A stretch of 64,000 nt of DNA from NCBI GenBank assembly GCA_038087875.1, contig JAXLNO010000046.1, positions 1 through 64,000 on the forward strand, given 5' to 3'. Numbering within the stretch: position 1 is the stretch's first letter; every line of letters starts with the position of its first letter. This stretch comes from Malacoraja senta (taxonomy: Eukaryota). The translations under genes were made by a program, and so were the position numbers. The notes below the pieces were generated by a model. That model saw nothing but the letters and a program-made list of their open reading frames with translations. It searched no databases and had not been told where the DNA came from. Shown here one piece after another: positions 38,134 to 49,266 of this stretch.

Positions 38134-39149
38134 TATATCTACTTGCAACTTTTATAAAATATTAGACAGTTGGCCTTCAAATCCACACATTCTTTCCCTT
38201 ATCCTTTTAGCAGCCTTAGATTTGTACCTTAATATGATCCAGGTTGTAATGTTGCCGAGCAGATTGATGAAGCAAGAACAAATGTTCATATACCAAGGTA
38301 CAGAACACAAACCTAGTCTGTGGACTGGAGAAGGATGAGAGGTTTCTCCTCCAGATTGTCCAAGCATATTCATTGGCGCTGAAGCTGGAATTCACAAGTT
38401 AAATTATGTATTTTCTTGGGAGAATTTGGATCATTTTATAAGGCTATGTACTTTTTAATAGAGCGGACAACTAATGGTGTCTATGCAGGCAGCTCTCACA
38501 AATCTGTTGATCCACATCAAGTTTGGTAGATTAGCCAATTGGAACAAACTTCCTTGTATATGCAAGCTTAAAATAAACAGCAAGTTATAAGATTGACAGA
38601 GGGCTCAGCTTAGTTGGAGCTATGATGCAAGCTGAAGTAAGTCAGCTACTTTTGGAGAAATTGATGGTGTTAGCTACAAACATACAAGTAATACAAACAG
38701 CCATGTATTTAGATATTACATTAGAAGTTCCAACTTGTCTACCATTGGTTTGGTATTACTGGCAGCTGCTGCTGAAAGAATCTTCACTCCTTGTTCTGCT
38801 ATTTCACAGATGGTCTCTTTGGCATGGGCAGATGCAGCAGAGACCTGGTCACGTGGTAGATCCATCCCTTTATCAACCACACTCTGAAAGATGAATTCAT
38901 ACTATTAGCTATACTTGGAGCAATTAGTCCAAATACTGACCATTCATTTGTTGTGGATAGGATTTTAAATATTGATATGCTTTCAAGAATTCTAGTCAAC
39001 AAATTTGTACATCTAATAAATTATCAACAGTGCAGATATTTCCTATTGTAGACATTGAGAATTAAACCATTAAAGAGCTACTTACAGATTTAGAACTAGC
39101 AAATTTAAAGATTGATACAACTACCTTCCATTAGAAACTTACTGTTACA

Positions 39150-40455
39150 TAGTTATCTGGACTACACTCCTCCCACCCTGCCTCTTGTAAAGATGCGGCC
39201 CCCTTCTATCAATTTCTCCGTCTCCACTGCATCTGCTCCAAAGATACATTCCATTTTAGGACATCCGAGATGTCCTTTTTAGTAAACATGGCTTCCCCAG
39301 AGCTGTCTTAGATGAATCCTTCACCCATATCTTGTCCCATAGTTCTGCTCTTGCTCCCCCTCCTCTCAGATGGAACAAGGTTAGAGCTCACCTGGTCCTC
39401 ACCTTTCACCCCACCAGTCTTTGTATCCAACAAATCATTTTGACAATGATATTTACCAGCACTTGGCCACTCAGTCTTGGCGATGCAAGTGCTTGCCCAG
39501 ACACTTTTTAAATAATGTGAGAGTATCAGTCTCTGTCACCCACTCAGTCAGTGCACTGCAGATCCCTCCCAAGTCTCTTACCCTAAACCAATGTTCTCTG
39601 TTTTAAGCAAGCCAAGACTCCACCAGTCCCCTCTTCCCATCTCCACCCCTTTCTGCCTTTTGCAACTCCTTAGTTCATGCATCCCTTCCACCCAAACCAG
39701 AGGGTGCAGGATTATAACACCTGTCCCTATACCTCCTACCTCACCTCCATCCAGGGACCCCACCCCAGCAGTCCTTCCAGGGAAGACAGGTTCATGTGCA
39801 CCTCCTCTAACTATCTACTGCATTCAGTGTTTCCAATGTGGCCTCCTGTACATCAGCGAGACCAATTGTAAGCTCACCCATCATTTCACCAAACACTTGC
39901 GCTCAGTCCGCCAAGGCCAATCAGATCTCCGGCCTTAGTTTAGTTTAGAGATACAGTGCGGAAACAGGGCCTTCGGCCCACCGAGCCCACGCCGACCAGC
40001 GATCCCCGTACATTAACACTAACCTACAAACCTGTACGTCTTTGGAGTGTGGGAGGAAACCAAAGATCTTGGAGAAAACTCATGCAGTCATGGGGAGAAC
40101 GTATAAACTCCGTACAGACAGCACCCATAGTCGGGATCAAACCCGGGTCTCCGGCGCTGCAAGCACTATAAGGCAGCAACTCTACCACCAGCCGCCCATT
40201 AAGTCTCTTCCAAGTCCCCAATGGTTGCTAACTATTTTAACTCCCCTTTCCATACTGACCTTTCTGTCCTGGGTCTTTTCCTGGAGTAACTCAGCAGGTC
40301 AGGCAGCATTTCTGAAGAACATGGATAGGCAACGTTTTGTGTCGGGACCCTCCTTCAGATATCGCCTATCCATGTTCTCCAGAAATGCTGCCTGACCCGC
40401 TGAATTACACCGGCACTTTGTGTCTTTTTTTTGTAAACCAGTATCTGCAGTTTCT
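39150..40455 (+). mobile_element. Penelope-like element remnant (RT thumb plus GIY-YIG), interrupted by a V-SINE (39936-40190, -)
   Basis: YLDYTPSHPASCKDAAPFYQFLRLHCICS and IYCIQCFQCGLLYISETNCKLTHHFTKH (GIY-YIG pattern IYCIxCxxCxxxYIGET); ends in the short repeat family. Confidence 0.75.
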
Positions 40456-41375
40456 TGTAGTGATAAAATTTAGAAATACAAGTAAAATGTATTTCATGCC
40501 TTGTTTAAAACAGAGAACATTGGTTTAGGGTAAGAGGTTTAGAAGGGATTGGTGGAAGAGTTTCTTCACTCAGTAAGAATGATTGGAGTTTGCAGTGCAC
40601 TGACTGAATGGGTGACAAAGACTCTCACAATGTTTAAAAAGTGTCTGAGCAAGCACTTGAATTGCCAAGACTGAGTGGCCAAGTGCCAGGAAATAGCAGT
40701 ACTGCAGATGGGTGTTCTACTGGCCAGCATAGATATGATGAGCTGAAAGCCTGTTTCTGTGCTGCCTGACACCATGACTGTCGGTAGGGAGAGAACAGAT
40801 TATAAAAAGAAAGCTGCAAAGACTGGAGCCACCTCCTGCACATGGAAGCTGACCCTATGTTGTGGAGTCTGGTCAGAGGGCAGCATTGTTCGCAGGCGAA
40901 GCCTTGTTGCCTGCCACATGATTTAGATTCCAAAGGAAGAACAGAGCTCTCTTGTATCACCAGTAAGCAGCTGACTAATGCATCTCATTACTCCTTCAAT
41001 ATTCACTTTCCAGACTATTTAATAGATGTTGTCTTCAACATTGCTTTGAAATTTATTCTGCAATTCACATCCTTGCAAGTGTATATATATATATCTACAG
41101 TTGTTTAATTTGAATCAACTCAGAAACAATTATTGATGCTTGCATATTGTCCGGTCAGTAGAAACCCTCACTGCAATGCAGGACAAAGATGACCAATCTG
41201 GGACACTTGGAGAATGCCTGAGAGTGTTTGAAATTCTGGGTTTGTTCTGAATTCAAAACCTACTACTGAGTGTCACCTTTGTTCCATGTAATCCTTAAAC
41301 ATTGTCAAAATAAATTGTGCCAAAGAAGTAATGAATCCAACGTGTAAAAGCTTTGTTTAAAAATGTATTAAAAAA

Positions 41376-41700
41376 AATAGGTGCAGGAGTAGGCCATTCT
41401 GCCCTTCTAGCCAGCACCACCATTCAATATGATCATCCAAAATCAGTACCCCGTTCCTGCTTTTTCCCCCATATCCCTTGATTCCTTTTGCCTTAAGAGC
41501 TAAATCTATCTCTCTTGAAACCACCCAGTGAATTGGCCTCCACTTGCTTCTGTGGCAGAGAATTTCACAGATTCACAACTCTCTGGGTGAATTTTTTTTC
41601 CTCATCTCAGTCCTAAAGGGCCTACCACTTATTCTTAAACTGACCCCTGGTTCTGGACTCCCCCAACATCAGGAGCATTTTTCCTGCATCCAGCCTGCCC
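41376..41700 (-). mobile_element. CR1 LINE 3' fragment
   Basis: CR1 3'UTR and ORF end. Confidence 0.85.
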
Positions 41701-42144
41701 ATTAAAATGGTTATAACAGGCTGGATCTGAATGCACATAATATATAGAGAACTGAACCTTAGATGGCTGTACCAACCTCTCCTATTGGGAAATTCCATAC
41801 AAGCAGTGTGCAAGTATGTGTGGATGACACACAGGCCAAAATTAGAGACCTCTCTTCATAGTTTTCAGTGAGGAAGTGCCCCCATTGAAAGTAAATAGAA
41901 AACAGGGCTGTAACCTCCTCAAAGGCATTGAAACAATTGTCCAATAACAGCCAAAACTTGTACAATTCTTAAAGGATATCAAATTTGTATTTTTCTTTTC
42001 CAAATAATATTTAGTCTTGCAAAAGCAAGATTAAATGTGCATTTAAATTCAGGATTTTAATTCAAACTTACTTTTACATTGGGACAGTTAACTATAGACA
42101 AGCACAAGTAATAGCATATTACCAGAAATCTAATTGAACCTCTG

Positions 42145-45100
42145 ATTTTACTTCGGAGTCACGTGAGTCGCTTTCTTCAGATAACTTGTAGTTGGAACAA
42201 CACAAGTCAGAATGGAGAAAGGATGTAAGAGGCGTTCCGCACGTAATCTCGAGAAAGACCATGGGTCTGCGAGTAGCGGGCGCCCTTTTGAGGAGTTGGT
42301 AACAGCTATATACGGTTAAAAAATATACCGTTGTAGCGCCATTAGGGCACAAGACAGACAAAAGGCCGGGTGGCCAGCAGACTCTGAGGAGTCAGACCGG
42401 AGGATCCCCGCCTCAGGCAGACATTTTGTCTATTCGGGTCCGCGTTGGGAGAGCCAGCGCAGGGAATGCCTGGGGAAGGTCCGGCTTAGCGTTGGCCTAC
42501 AAGAGAGCCAGCGCAGGGAGTGCCTGGGGAAGGTCCGGCTTAGCATTGGCCTACAAGAGAGCCAGCGCAGGGAGTGCTTTGGAAGGTCCAGCTCAGCGTT
42601 TACCTACGGGAATGCCAGCGCAGGGAATACTTGGGAAGGTCCGGCTCAGCGTTGGCCTACAGGAGAGACAGCGTGAGCAATGCCTGGATAAGGGCATTTT
42701 ATGCGTTGGTCTACAGGAGAGCCAGCGCCAACTATGTCTGGAGGAAGACAGTTTAAACGTTGGCCTACAGGAGAGCCAGCACCAGCAGCACCTGAAAGAA
42801 GGCTGCCTATGCGTGGGCCTACAGGAGAGCCTGTGCGGCGAGCACCTGGAAAAGGGTGTACTATGCGTAGGCCTATGGGAGAGCCAGTGCTAGAAACACC
42901 TGAAGCAGGATGCCAGTTCGCCCCCTCCATGAGGAGGATTATTTTACGCAGCAAAGATTCAGATGACGAATCATATGAGGACCAGAGCCCAATAACAGAG
43001 CCTAAAGGACCAGGTTTGGCACAATATATAACATTTGTTGTTCCAAAACTATCAGGGGAACCATTGGGAAATAAATTAGCAATGTCAATAAATTACTTGC
43101 TCTCCCAGCAGCTCCAGGTTCTGACCATGTATGAGCTGTCAAAAAATATGAAACCGCAGAATTGAGCACTGCAAGCAGTCTCAGCGGTGAGAAAATGACA
43201 GATGGTGTTGAAATTGCTGGTTCAGGCATTATGGCTTTGGCCAGAGGTTTGGATGGAGAGCATGTGTCTGTATCACAACAAGGTTGACTTAGCACTCATG
43301 TGTAGTGCGCACTTTGAAATAAACTGTATTTATAAAAGTGCTATAAGACCTAACATATACCCTAAGTTTGCGGGGCTCTGTAAACCATCTAATATTCAAT
43401 TGCCTAAATCTGTTTTTGGAAAAAAAATTTTTTTTTTAAATTAAAAAAAAACTAGCCAAAAAAGGGTAAAAGACCTCGATGAAGCTGTCGGTGATTGGCA
43501 GATCAAATCAAAGGCAGTTTTCCCTACCGACGTGTGGTGACTGGGGACAGTGAAGGATCAAATCAGCCTTTCCAATATTTGCGTTATTGGCGCACTGCTC
43601 CTGAGGTACGTGGAGGTACAATATTCCCACTAAGATCAGGGGATAACAATTGCCATTGGCAAACCCTGAGGTAGGTGGGTCTGGTTCTGTAAGAGACATA
43701 TTAATGTTTTACACTTACAAGTTGGGGAAGATTACAATTCTTCCTAAAAGAATGGCAATCTGATGTATTTTATACTGTACAGTATTGTGGGGTTTAGAAT
43801 TGAATTCTACCCATATTTGGATTCTCCTACTCAGCATATTTCAAACCGGACACATATTTTCTCAAAAGAAGAGAATATGCAGATTCAGGCAGAACTTGAA
43901 ATATTGTGTAAAAAGGGGTAATTAAGAAATCAGTTCACCATCACCACCAATTTGTGCCGAGTATTTTATTAGAGCAAATAAGGATGGTGGGTGTAGAATT
44001 ATTCTAGATCTGACAAGTCTTAACCCTTTTTGGTACAGTATAAAAAACAGTTTTGGAGACATTTGCCAATACTATGCAGCTAAATTCAAGAAAATGCTAT
44101 ATGGCTAGCATAGATCTTAAAGATGCATATTACTGTGTGGCTGTACATGGTAATAATCATAGATATTTAAAATTTAGCTGGATGAGTCAATTATGGCAAT
44201 TTAAACCATTGTATTAGGGTTTAACCTCAGCTCTGAGACTATTTACCAAATTGTTAAAACCAATCTTAGCACTACTAAGAGCTCAGGGCCATTTGGTAAT
44301 GGCCTATTTGGATATATTCTGATTGTAGGAAACACTCGGGCTACAACAGAACCACCAGTGTCAAGAATCAAGCTAACTTTGGAGAGGCTGGGATTTATTA
44401 CCCATCCAGATAAATCCAAACTATTACCAAGCACAGTAATTGATTACTTGGGTTTCATTATTAAATCAGAACACATGGTAGTGATTCTGCCCAAGGATAA
44501 AGGCTGCATTTAAGTGGAAGTTGTATTAAGCTCATTGCACAGCACCAACCCTCAATTAGGCAGGTAGCAAGCCTGCTTTGCAAACTAATTGCTCATTTCC
44601 AGCTGTACAATTTAGATCGCTGCATTATCAGCATTTACAGCAAGCATAGGTACAGGCATTGAGGATACAATCAGGGCATTTTGCCAAGCCCATGTAATTG
44701 CCAGTTGCAGTTATTACTGGAATACTATGGTTGATCATGAGTGTCTCAAATGCTTCCAGAGAGATCCTGGTTGAAACACCTTCCATTATTCTACAGACTA
44801 ATTTTAGTGCTCTAGGTTGGGGTGCTACTTATACTATTTCCAGTTGTGGAGGTAGATGGAATGTGGAGAAAGTACCTTTGATCCAATAACAAGGGATCAT
44901 TTAATGAGAGTTTTTAGGAACATTTTATGGACCTAAAGCTTATTGCTCTAATATGCAAAGTTTGCATGTTTAGGTACAGATTGACAACACTACGGAATAG
45001 AAACGTATGTTAATCATTTGAGTGGTATTAAGTCAGAAGCTTGTGAATAGATTGGCTAACGTGATCTGGACCTGGTGTTTTTACCAGAAATATTTTGTTT

Positions 45101-47059
45101 CGGTAATCTATCTACCAGGTAGATTCAAAATAGTTGCAGACTCAAGGTCACGTAAATTCAATGACAATACAGAATGGATGTTGGATCGTGACAAATTTAA
45201 TAATATTGTTGCACGGTTGGGGATGCCAGAGATTGACTTGTTTGCTTCCAGACTTAACCACCAATTACCTAAATATGTGTCATGGGAACCTAATCCTGGG
45301 GGCAGTAGTGGTGGATGTTTCTCGCTGCATTGGGGTAAAAAAATTTTGTATGCATTGTCTCCATTTTGCCTCATTTAGTCAGTGTATACAGAAGATCAAA
45401 CAGGACTCCGCTTCGGGAGTATTGGTGGTACCAGACTGGCCTACACAACCATGGTACCCTCTGGTGTTAAAAATGATCACAAAGCCCCTTATGATTTTCC
45501 CAAACAGAATTAACCTGTTTGTGCACCCCATAACTGATGATTCACATCCTTTACATAATCATATTTGTTTGTTGGTTTGCAGATTCTAAGGAGTGCCATA
45601 TCTCGGAAGAGGACTATCAGATCATACTGTGGATGTTATTGCAGCAACCTGGAAGGATAGTACCCAGAAGCAGTACATTTCTTACATAAGGAAATGGGAG
45701 GTGTTTTGCTTAAGGTAGAATATTACATATCACACTGCAGACATCTCAGACGTGTTAGAGTTTCTATCAACTCTTTATTTTGATTGGCAGTTAAGCTATA
45801 GTGGTTTCAATACTGCAAGGAGTGCCCTCTCTGCATATCTATGGAGGGAATCAGAACAACATTCTGTATGGTCACACCCTTTGGTCTGTAGATTTATGAA
45901 GGGAATTTTCAATTCTAAGCCTCCTAGACACAGGTATACAGAAATCTGGAATGTAAGAGATGTGTTATGCTTTTTCGTTAATGGACTCCTATTGCAGCTC
46001 TGTCCTTGGCCAAAATTACCATGAAGGTAGTCATGCTCAGGACACTGGTTTCAGCACAGAGAGTGCAAACATTGCAGAAACTACGAATAGACATGATGGA
46101 AATAGCAGCAGATGCTATTACGTTCTATGTCTATGATTTGCTTAAACAGAGTAGACCTGGAGTCACAGGGTGTAAGTTGGGGTTTACAGCATATCCTACG
46201 GATCCACGTCTATGTGTAATATCACATTTACAATGTTACATTAAAGCCACCCGAACCTGAAGAGGTGCAGTATCAGCATTCTTTATCAGCCATAAATAAA
46301 CGCATAAGAAAGTGTTGGTTCAGACTATTTCAAGATGGCTGAAGCAGGTGTTGCTTGATGTAGGTATTGATACTGACAAATTTAAATCTCATTCCACCAG
46401 GGCGGCATCAACATTGGCGGCCAAGGATTTGGATGTTCCAATAGACCATATCCTCGCGGCCGCAGGATGGGCAAGTGAAAGGATGTTTCACAAGTATTAC
46501 CATAAGGAGATTACAGTACCTGTGGTTATTTGGTAGTGCTGTTTTGGATTCAGTATTAAGTTTCCCCTTGTGATAAAGGGGTTACTATTGTGGTGATAAA
46601 TTAACCATTAACTGGTTGCATCCATGTTGTGGTTATGCATTGTTGATTGCTTTACTTATTTAGAGTCAATCAATGCAGTGAGACACCTGGATTTGAATCT
46701 ACGGCGTGAAATCACAGAGCTTTGAAATCTTCACGTAGTCACTCACGTGACTCCAAAGTAAAATAGTAAGATTAAACGAGAACTTACCAGTTTGAAGTTT
46801 GATCTTTATTTTATGAGGAGTTACGATGAGGGACTACGTGCCCTCCACTCCCAACCCTCATAAAGGTCAAACTGGTAGTTCTAGTTTTCACGTATCTTAC
46901 TATCATACTTCAGTAATTATCTGTGATTTCACACCGCTGCTTTGAAGATTGACGCGTGTGCGGCTGGACGGGCTCTTCTTCACATAGTCCCTCATCGTAA
47001 CTCCTCATAAAATAAAGATCAAACTTCAAACTGGTAAGTTCTCGTTTAATCTTACTATT
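42145..47059 (+). mobile_element. DIRS1-like tyrosine-recombinase retrotransposon, full-length but degenerate
   Basis: RT (CRIILDL, YMASIDLKDAYY, VMAYLD), RNase H (LGWGA, IDNTT, ADSRSR), MT-like (IDLFASRLN), YR (SAQRVQTL, HSTRAAS, AAGWAS..FHKYY). The internal complementary region 46741-46840 pairs with both termini (42145-42168 and 46981-47059). Confidence 0.92.
42449..42890 (+). repeat. 54-bp minisatellite (8 units plus a partial) in the DIRS 5' ORF
   Basis: Unit gagagccagcgcagggaatgcctggggaaggtccggcttagcgttggcctacaa; 18-aa GEPA...RWPT repeat. Confidence 0.9.
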
Positions 47060-47141
47060 AAGTGACTTGCATTAATTAGACGGCAAAGCACGGGTTGAAA
47101 TGAGCAGCATTCTCACTAGTTAGAATGCACAGGAAGTCTCA

Positions 47142-47727
47142 AGGGCCTGTCCCACTTACGTGTCCTTGCCACGCAAATTACGCAACCTCATGGTCCCGTT
47201 GATCCGCGACGGTCCTGCGAAGGTTGGGTGCGATTACATGCGTACGCACAGCCGTCTGGAGCGCATGACGTCATTTGAAGATGGACACAAAGCTGTAGTA
47301 ACTCAGTGGGACCCGCAGCATCTCTGGAGAGAAGCAATGGGTGACGTTTCGTGTCGAGACTCTTCTTCGGTCTGAAAAGAAGGGTCTTGACCCGAAACGT
47401 CACCCATTGCTTCTCTCCAGAGGATGCTGCTGGCCCCCGCTGTGTTACTCCAGCATTTTGTATCCATCTTCAATTTTCTTGGCCCTGCTCTGGGAGTAGA
47501 AGTGGGGGGCGGATCCGGACCGCAACGGCCATGAGCCCCAGGCCAAGTTCAGCGATCATTTGCCAGCTGCTGCTGCTGTTTAGTTCGCTACAAAAATTTC
47601 GGAGCCCCGTGCGATGTCGCGCACAACTCCATACCCCTCCGCGCTTCTCAGCGGGACCGGCCCCGCGCCTCAACGTGACGATGTCGCGTAATTTGCGTGC
47701 CAAGGACACGTAAGTGGGACAGGCCCT
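47142..47727. mobile_element. PIF/Harbinger-type MITE
   Basis: ~45-bp TIR AGGGCCTGTCCCACTTACGTGTCCTTG..; 3-bp TSD TCA; carries internal Penelope-type repeats. Confidence 0.85.
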
Positions 47728-47895
47728 TCACTCCCTAGCCTAAAGCATCAAGTACTTCAGGTTTTCACTTAAATGTGTGCACTTGATTGATCTCAAATGC
47801 CCTTTCACACACCCACGTCTGAAGTGGCATTCCAGCGAAAGGGATTGTGACCATTAAACAAAAACTTATGCACACTGGAAAAAATGTGCACAGAC

Positions 47896-48092
47896 TAGTT
47901 TAGTTTATTCAAACAGGTCCTTTGGCACACGGGGTCCACGCCAACCAACAATCACACATACACTAGTTCTATTCTACACACTGAGGCCAATTTACTTAAC
48001 CCCATTAACCTACAAAGCTGCACATCTTTGGAATGTGGGAGGAAACAGAGCACCTGGAGAAAACTCCATGGTCACAATGAGAACATACAAAC
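47896..48092 (-). mobile_element. V-SINE-like fragment
   Basis: Reverse complement of the family at 10534. Confidence 0.65.
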
Positions 48093-48139
48093 TTTACTTG
48101 AATCAACATTTCAGGGACTCACTGCTTTGAGAGAATATC

Positions 48140-48181
48140 TTTATTTAAGAATAAACAGATAGTGCCATTATAACTTTTATT
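48140..48181 (-). terminator. Candidate polyadenylation signals of the perilipin gene
   Basis: AATAAA on the - strand at 48176-48181 and 48140-48145, about 0.7 kb after the stop and just before a SINE. Confidence 0.5.
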
Positions 48182-48891
48182 GACAATATTTACTGGAACA
48201 TTTGGCATGTCATCCAATTTAAAATTAGAAACTCGCCCAATACTGTTGCGTTGACAAATGAAAGATGTTTGGATGACTACAAGTGAAAGTATGTGAAGAA
48301 AGTGCTCGTGAAACTTCAGTGCCCATGTGTCACCTAGGTTATTTTTTTAAATCCCAAACAATTCACACTTCAAAAAAAGGATTTAGTTCTTTAAGCAACA
48401 CCATGTTAAAGCAAGGAGTACTTGGGACTGAAGACTAGTTTAAATGTTAGAACAAATCTTTTCACCCAAGCACCATGCTGATGTGGTCAGATGAAGCCCA
48501 ACACACGCTCATACTATAGCCTGTTCAAGTTAACATACTTACTGGCTGGTATGTAGGAACAAGTTGCAGTTCCTATTTTCAGAGTAAATTCAGGCATTGC
48601 ATAAAGGTAATAAATGTGATACTATTTCAACATGTAATTTCCCAATCAGTATTGGGAAATACAGAAACATACATTGCAATCATGCAGTGCTAGAAATACT
48701 AGGACAGGACAACACATTGAAATTGATAGGATACTGTAAATAAATTGAGACAAAGTAGTTTGGTGGAATGTTGTTCAATTTCTCTTAAAATACAAATTTA
48801 GTCAAATAGCAAGGTCAAAGTTTAAATGCCAAGAATTAACAAGTTTAACACAGGCAATCTACCCAACAAGTAGAACTTGAGGGTGGTTACA

Positions 48892-49266
48892 CTATTCCTT
48901 AATTTCATCCATTGCAATCATCTCCTGTGGTGGTGATTGAGGGTTCTCAGTGAGCTGTGGGGCAAAAGGACCAACCATCCAGTTGAGGGGAGTGTTGTGA
49001 AGCACATAGTCCATCACCCCATCCATGGACTCACGGATCTTCAACATCTGCTCCTGGCTTTGTGCCAGGAGCTGCCCAGACAGATCCCCAAAGGAATGTG
49101 CAGAAGAAAACGAAGTGTGGATGGTCTCTGCTGTTTTGCGGATCTGCTGTACTTTATCTTGAATGTGCTGGGGGAGACCGTGAACATTCGAAACCAAGGT
49201 GCGACAGGTTGTCTGTAGTTGTTGAGTGAGACCATGGGTCATGGTCAACATTCGAGATTCAAGTTG
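48892..49266 (-). CDS. PLIN3: Perilipin last coding exon (four-helix bundle)
   Basis: tttattgcag|CAACTT; encodes QLESRMLTM...[17 protein letters not shown]...DEIKE*. Confidence 0.93.
   Translation of the reverse strand, partial: QLESRMLTMTHGLTQQLQTTCRTLVSNVHGLPQHIQDKVQQIRKTAETIHTSFSSAHSFGDLSGQLLAQSQEQMLKIRESMDGVMDYVLHNTPLNWMVGPFAPQLTENPQSPPQEMIAMDEIKE

Larger units (their letters stand above)
33469..38883 (-). pseudogene. Unprocessed perilipin pseudogene (6 recognisable exons)
   Basis: Exon remnants in the order and orientation of the intact gene: ~38720-38883 (SVVDKGMDLP..ICEIAEQGVKILSAAAASNTKPMVDKLE), 38313-38384 (ANEYA/DNLEEKPLILLQSTD*), 37913-37927 plus ~37330-37485 (VLTETKELVTSS..VAAGMDTALLKSED), 36952-~37124 (QSYYVH*GSL..STAKIKQ..DL), 36569-36704 (IEIAKKGADSA..), and ~36028-36056 plus 33469-33798 ([40 protein letters not shown]). 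Contains stops, frameshifts and two transposon insertions. Confidence 0.88.

Noticed and set aside
39075-39135. Possible first coding exon of the pseudogene (ATG..|gtaagt on -)
   Set aside because: In-frame stop and no recognisable similarity; cannot be supported.
42449-42890. CRISPR-like repeat/spacer appearance
   Set aside because: Eukaryotic context, the cores are homologous to each other, there are no cas genes, and it lies inside a DIRS ORF.
48812-48824. DR1-like AGGTCAAAGTTTA (PPRE/HNF4-like) in the perilipin 3'UTR
   Set aside because: Single degenerate 13-mer with two mismatches in the second half-site; expected by chance.
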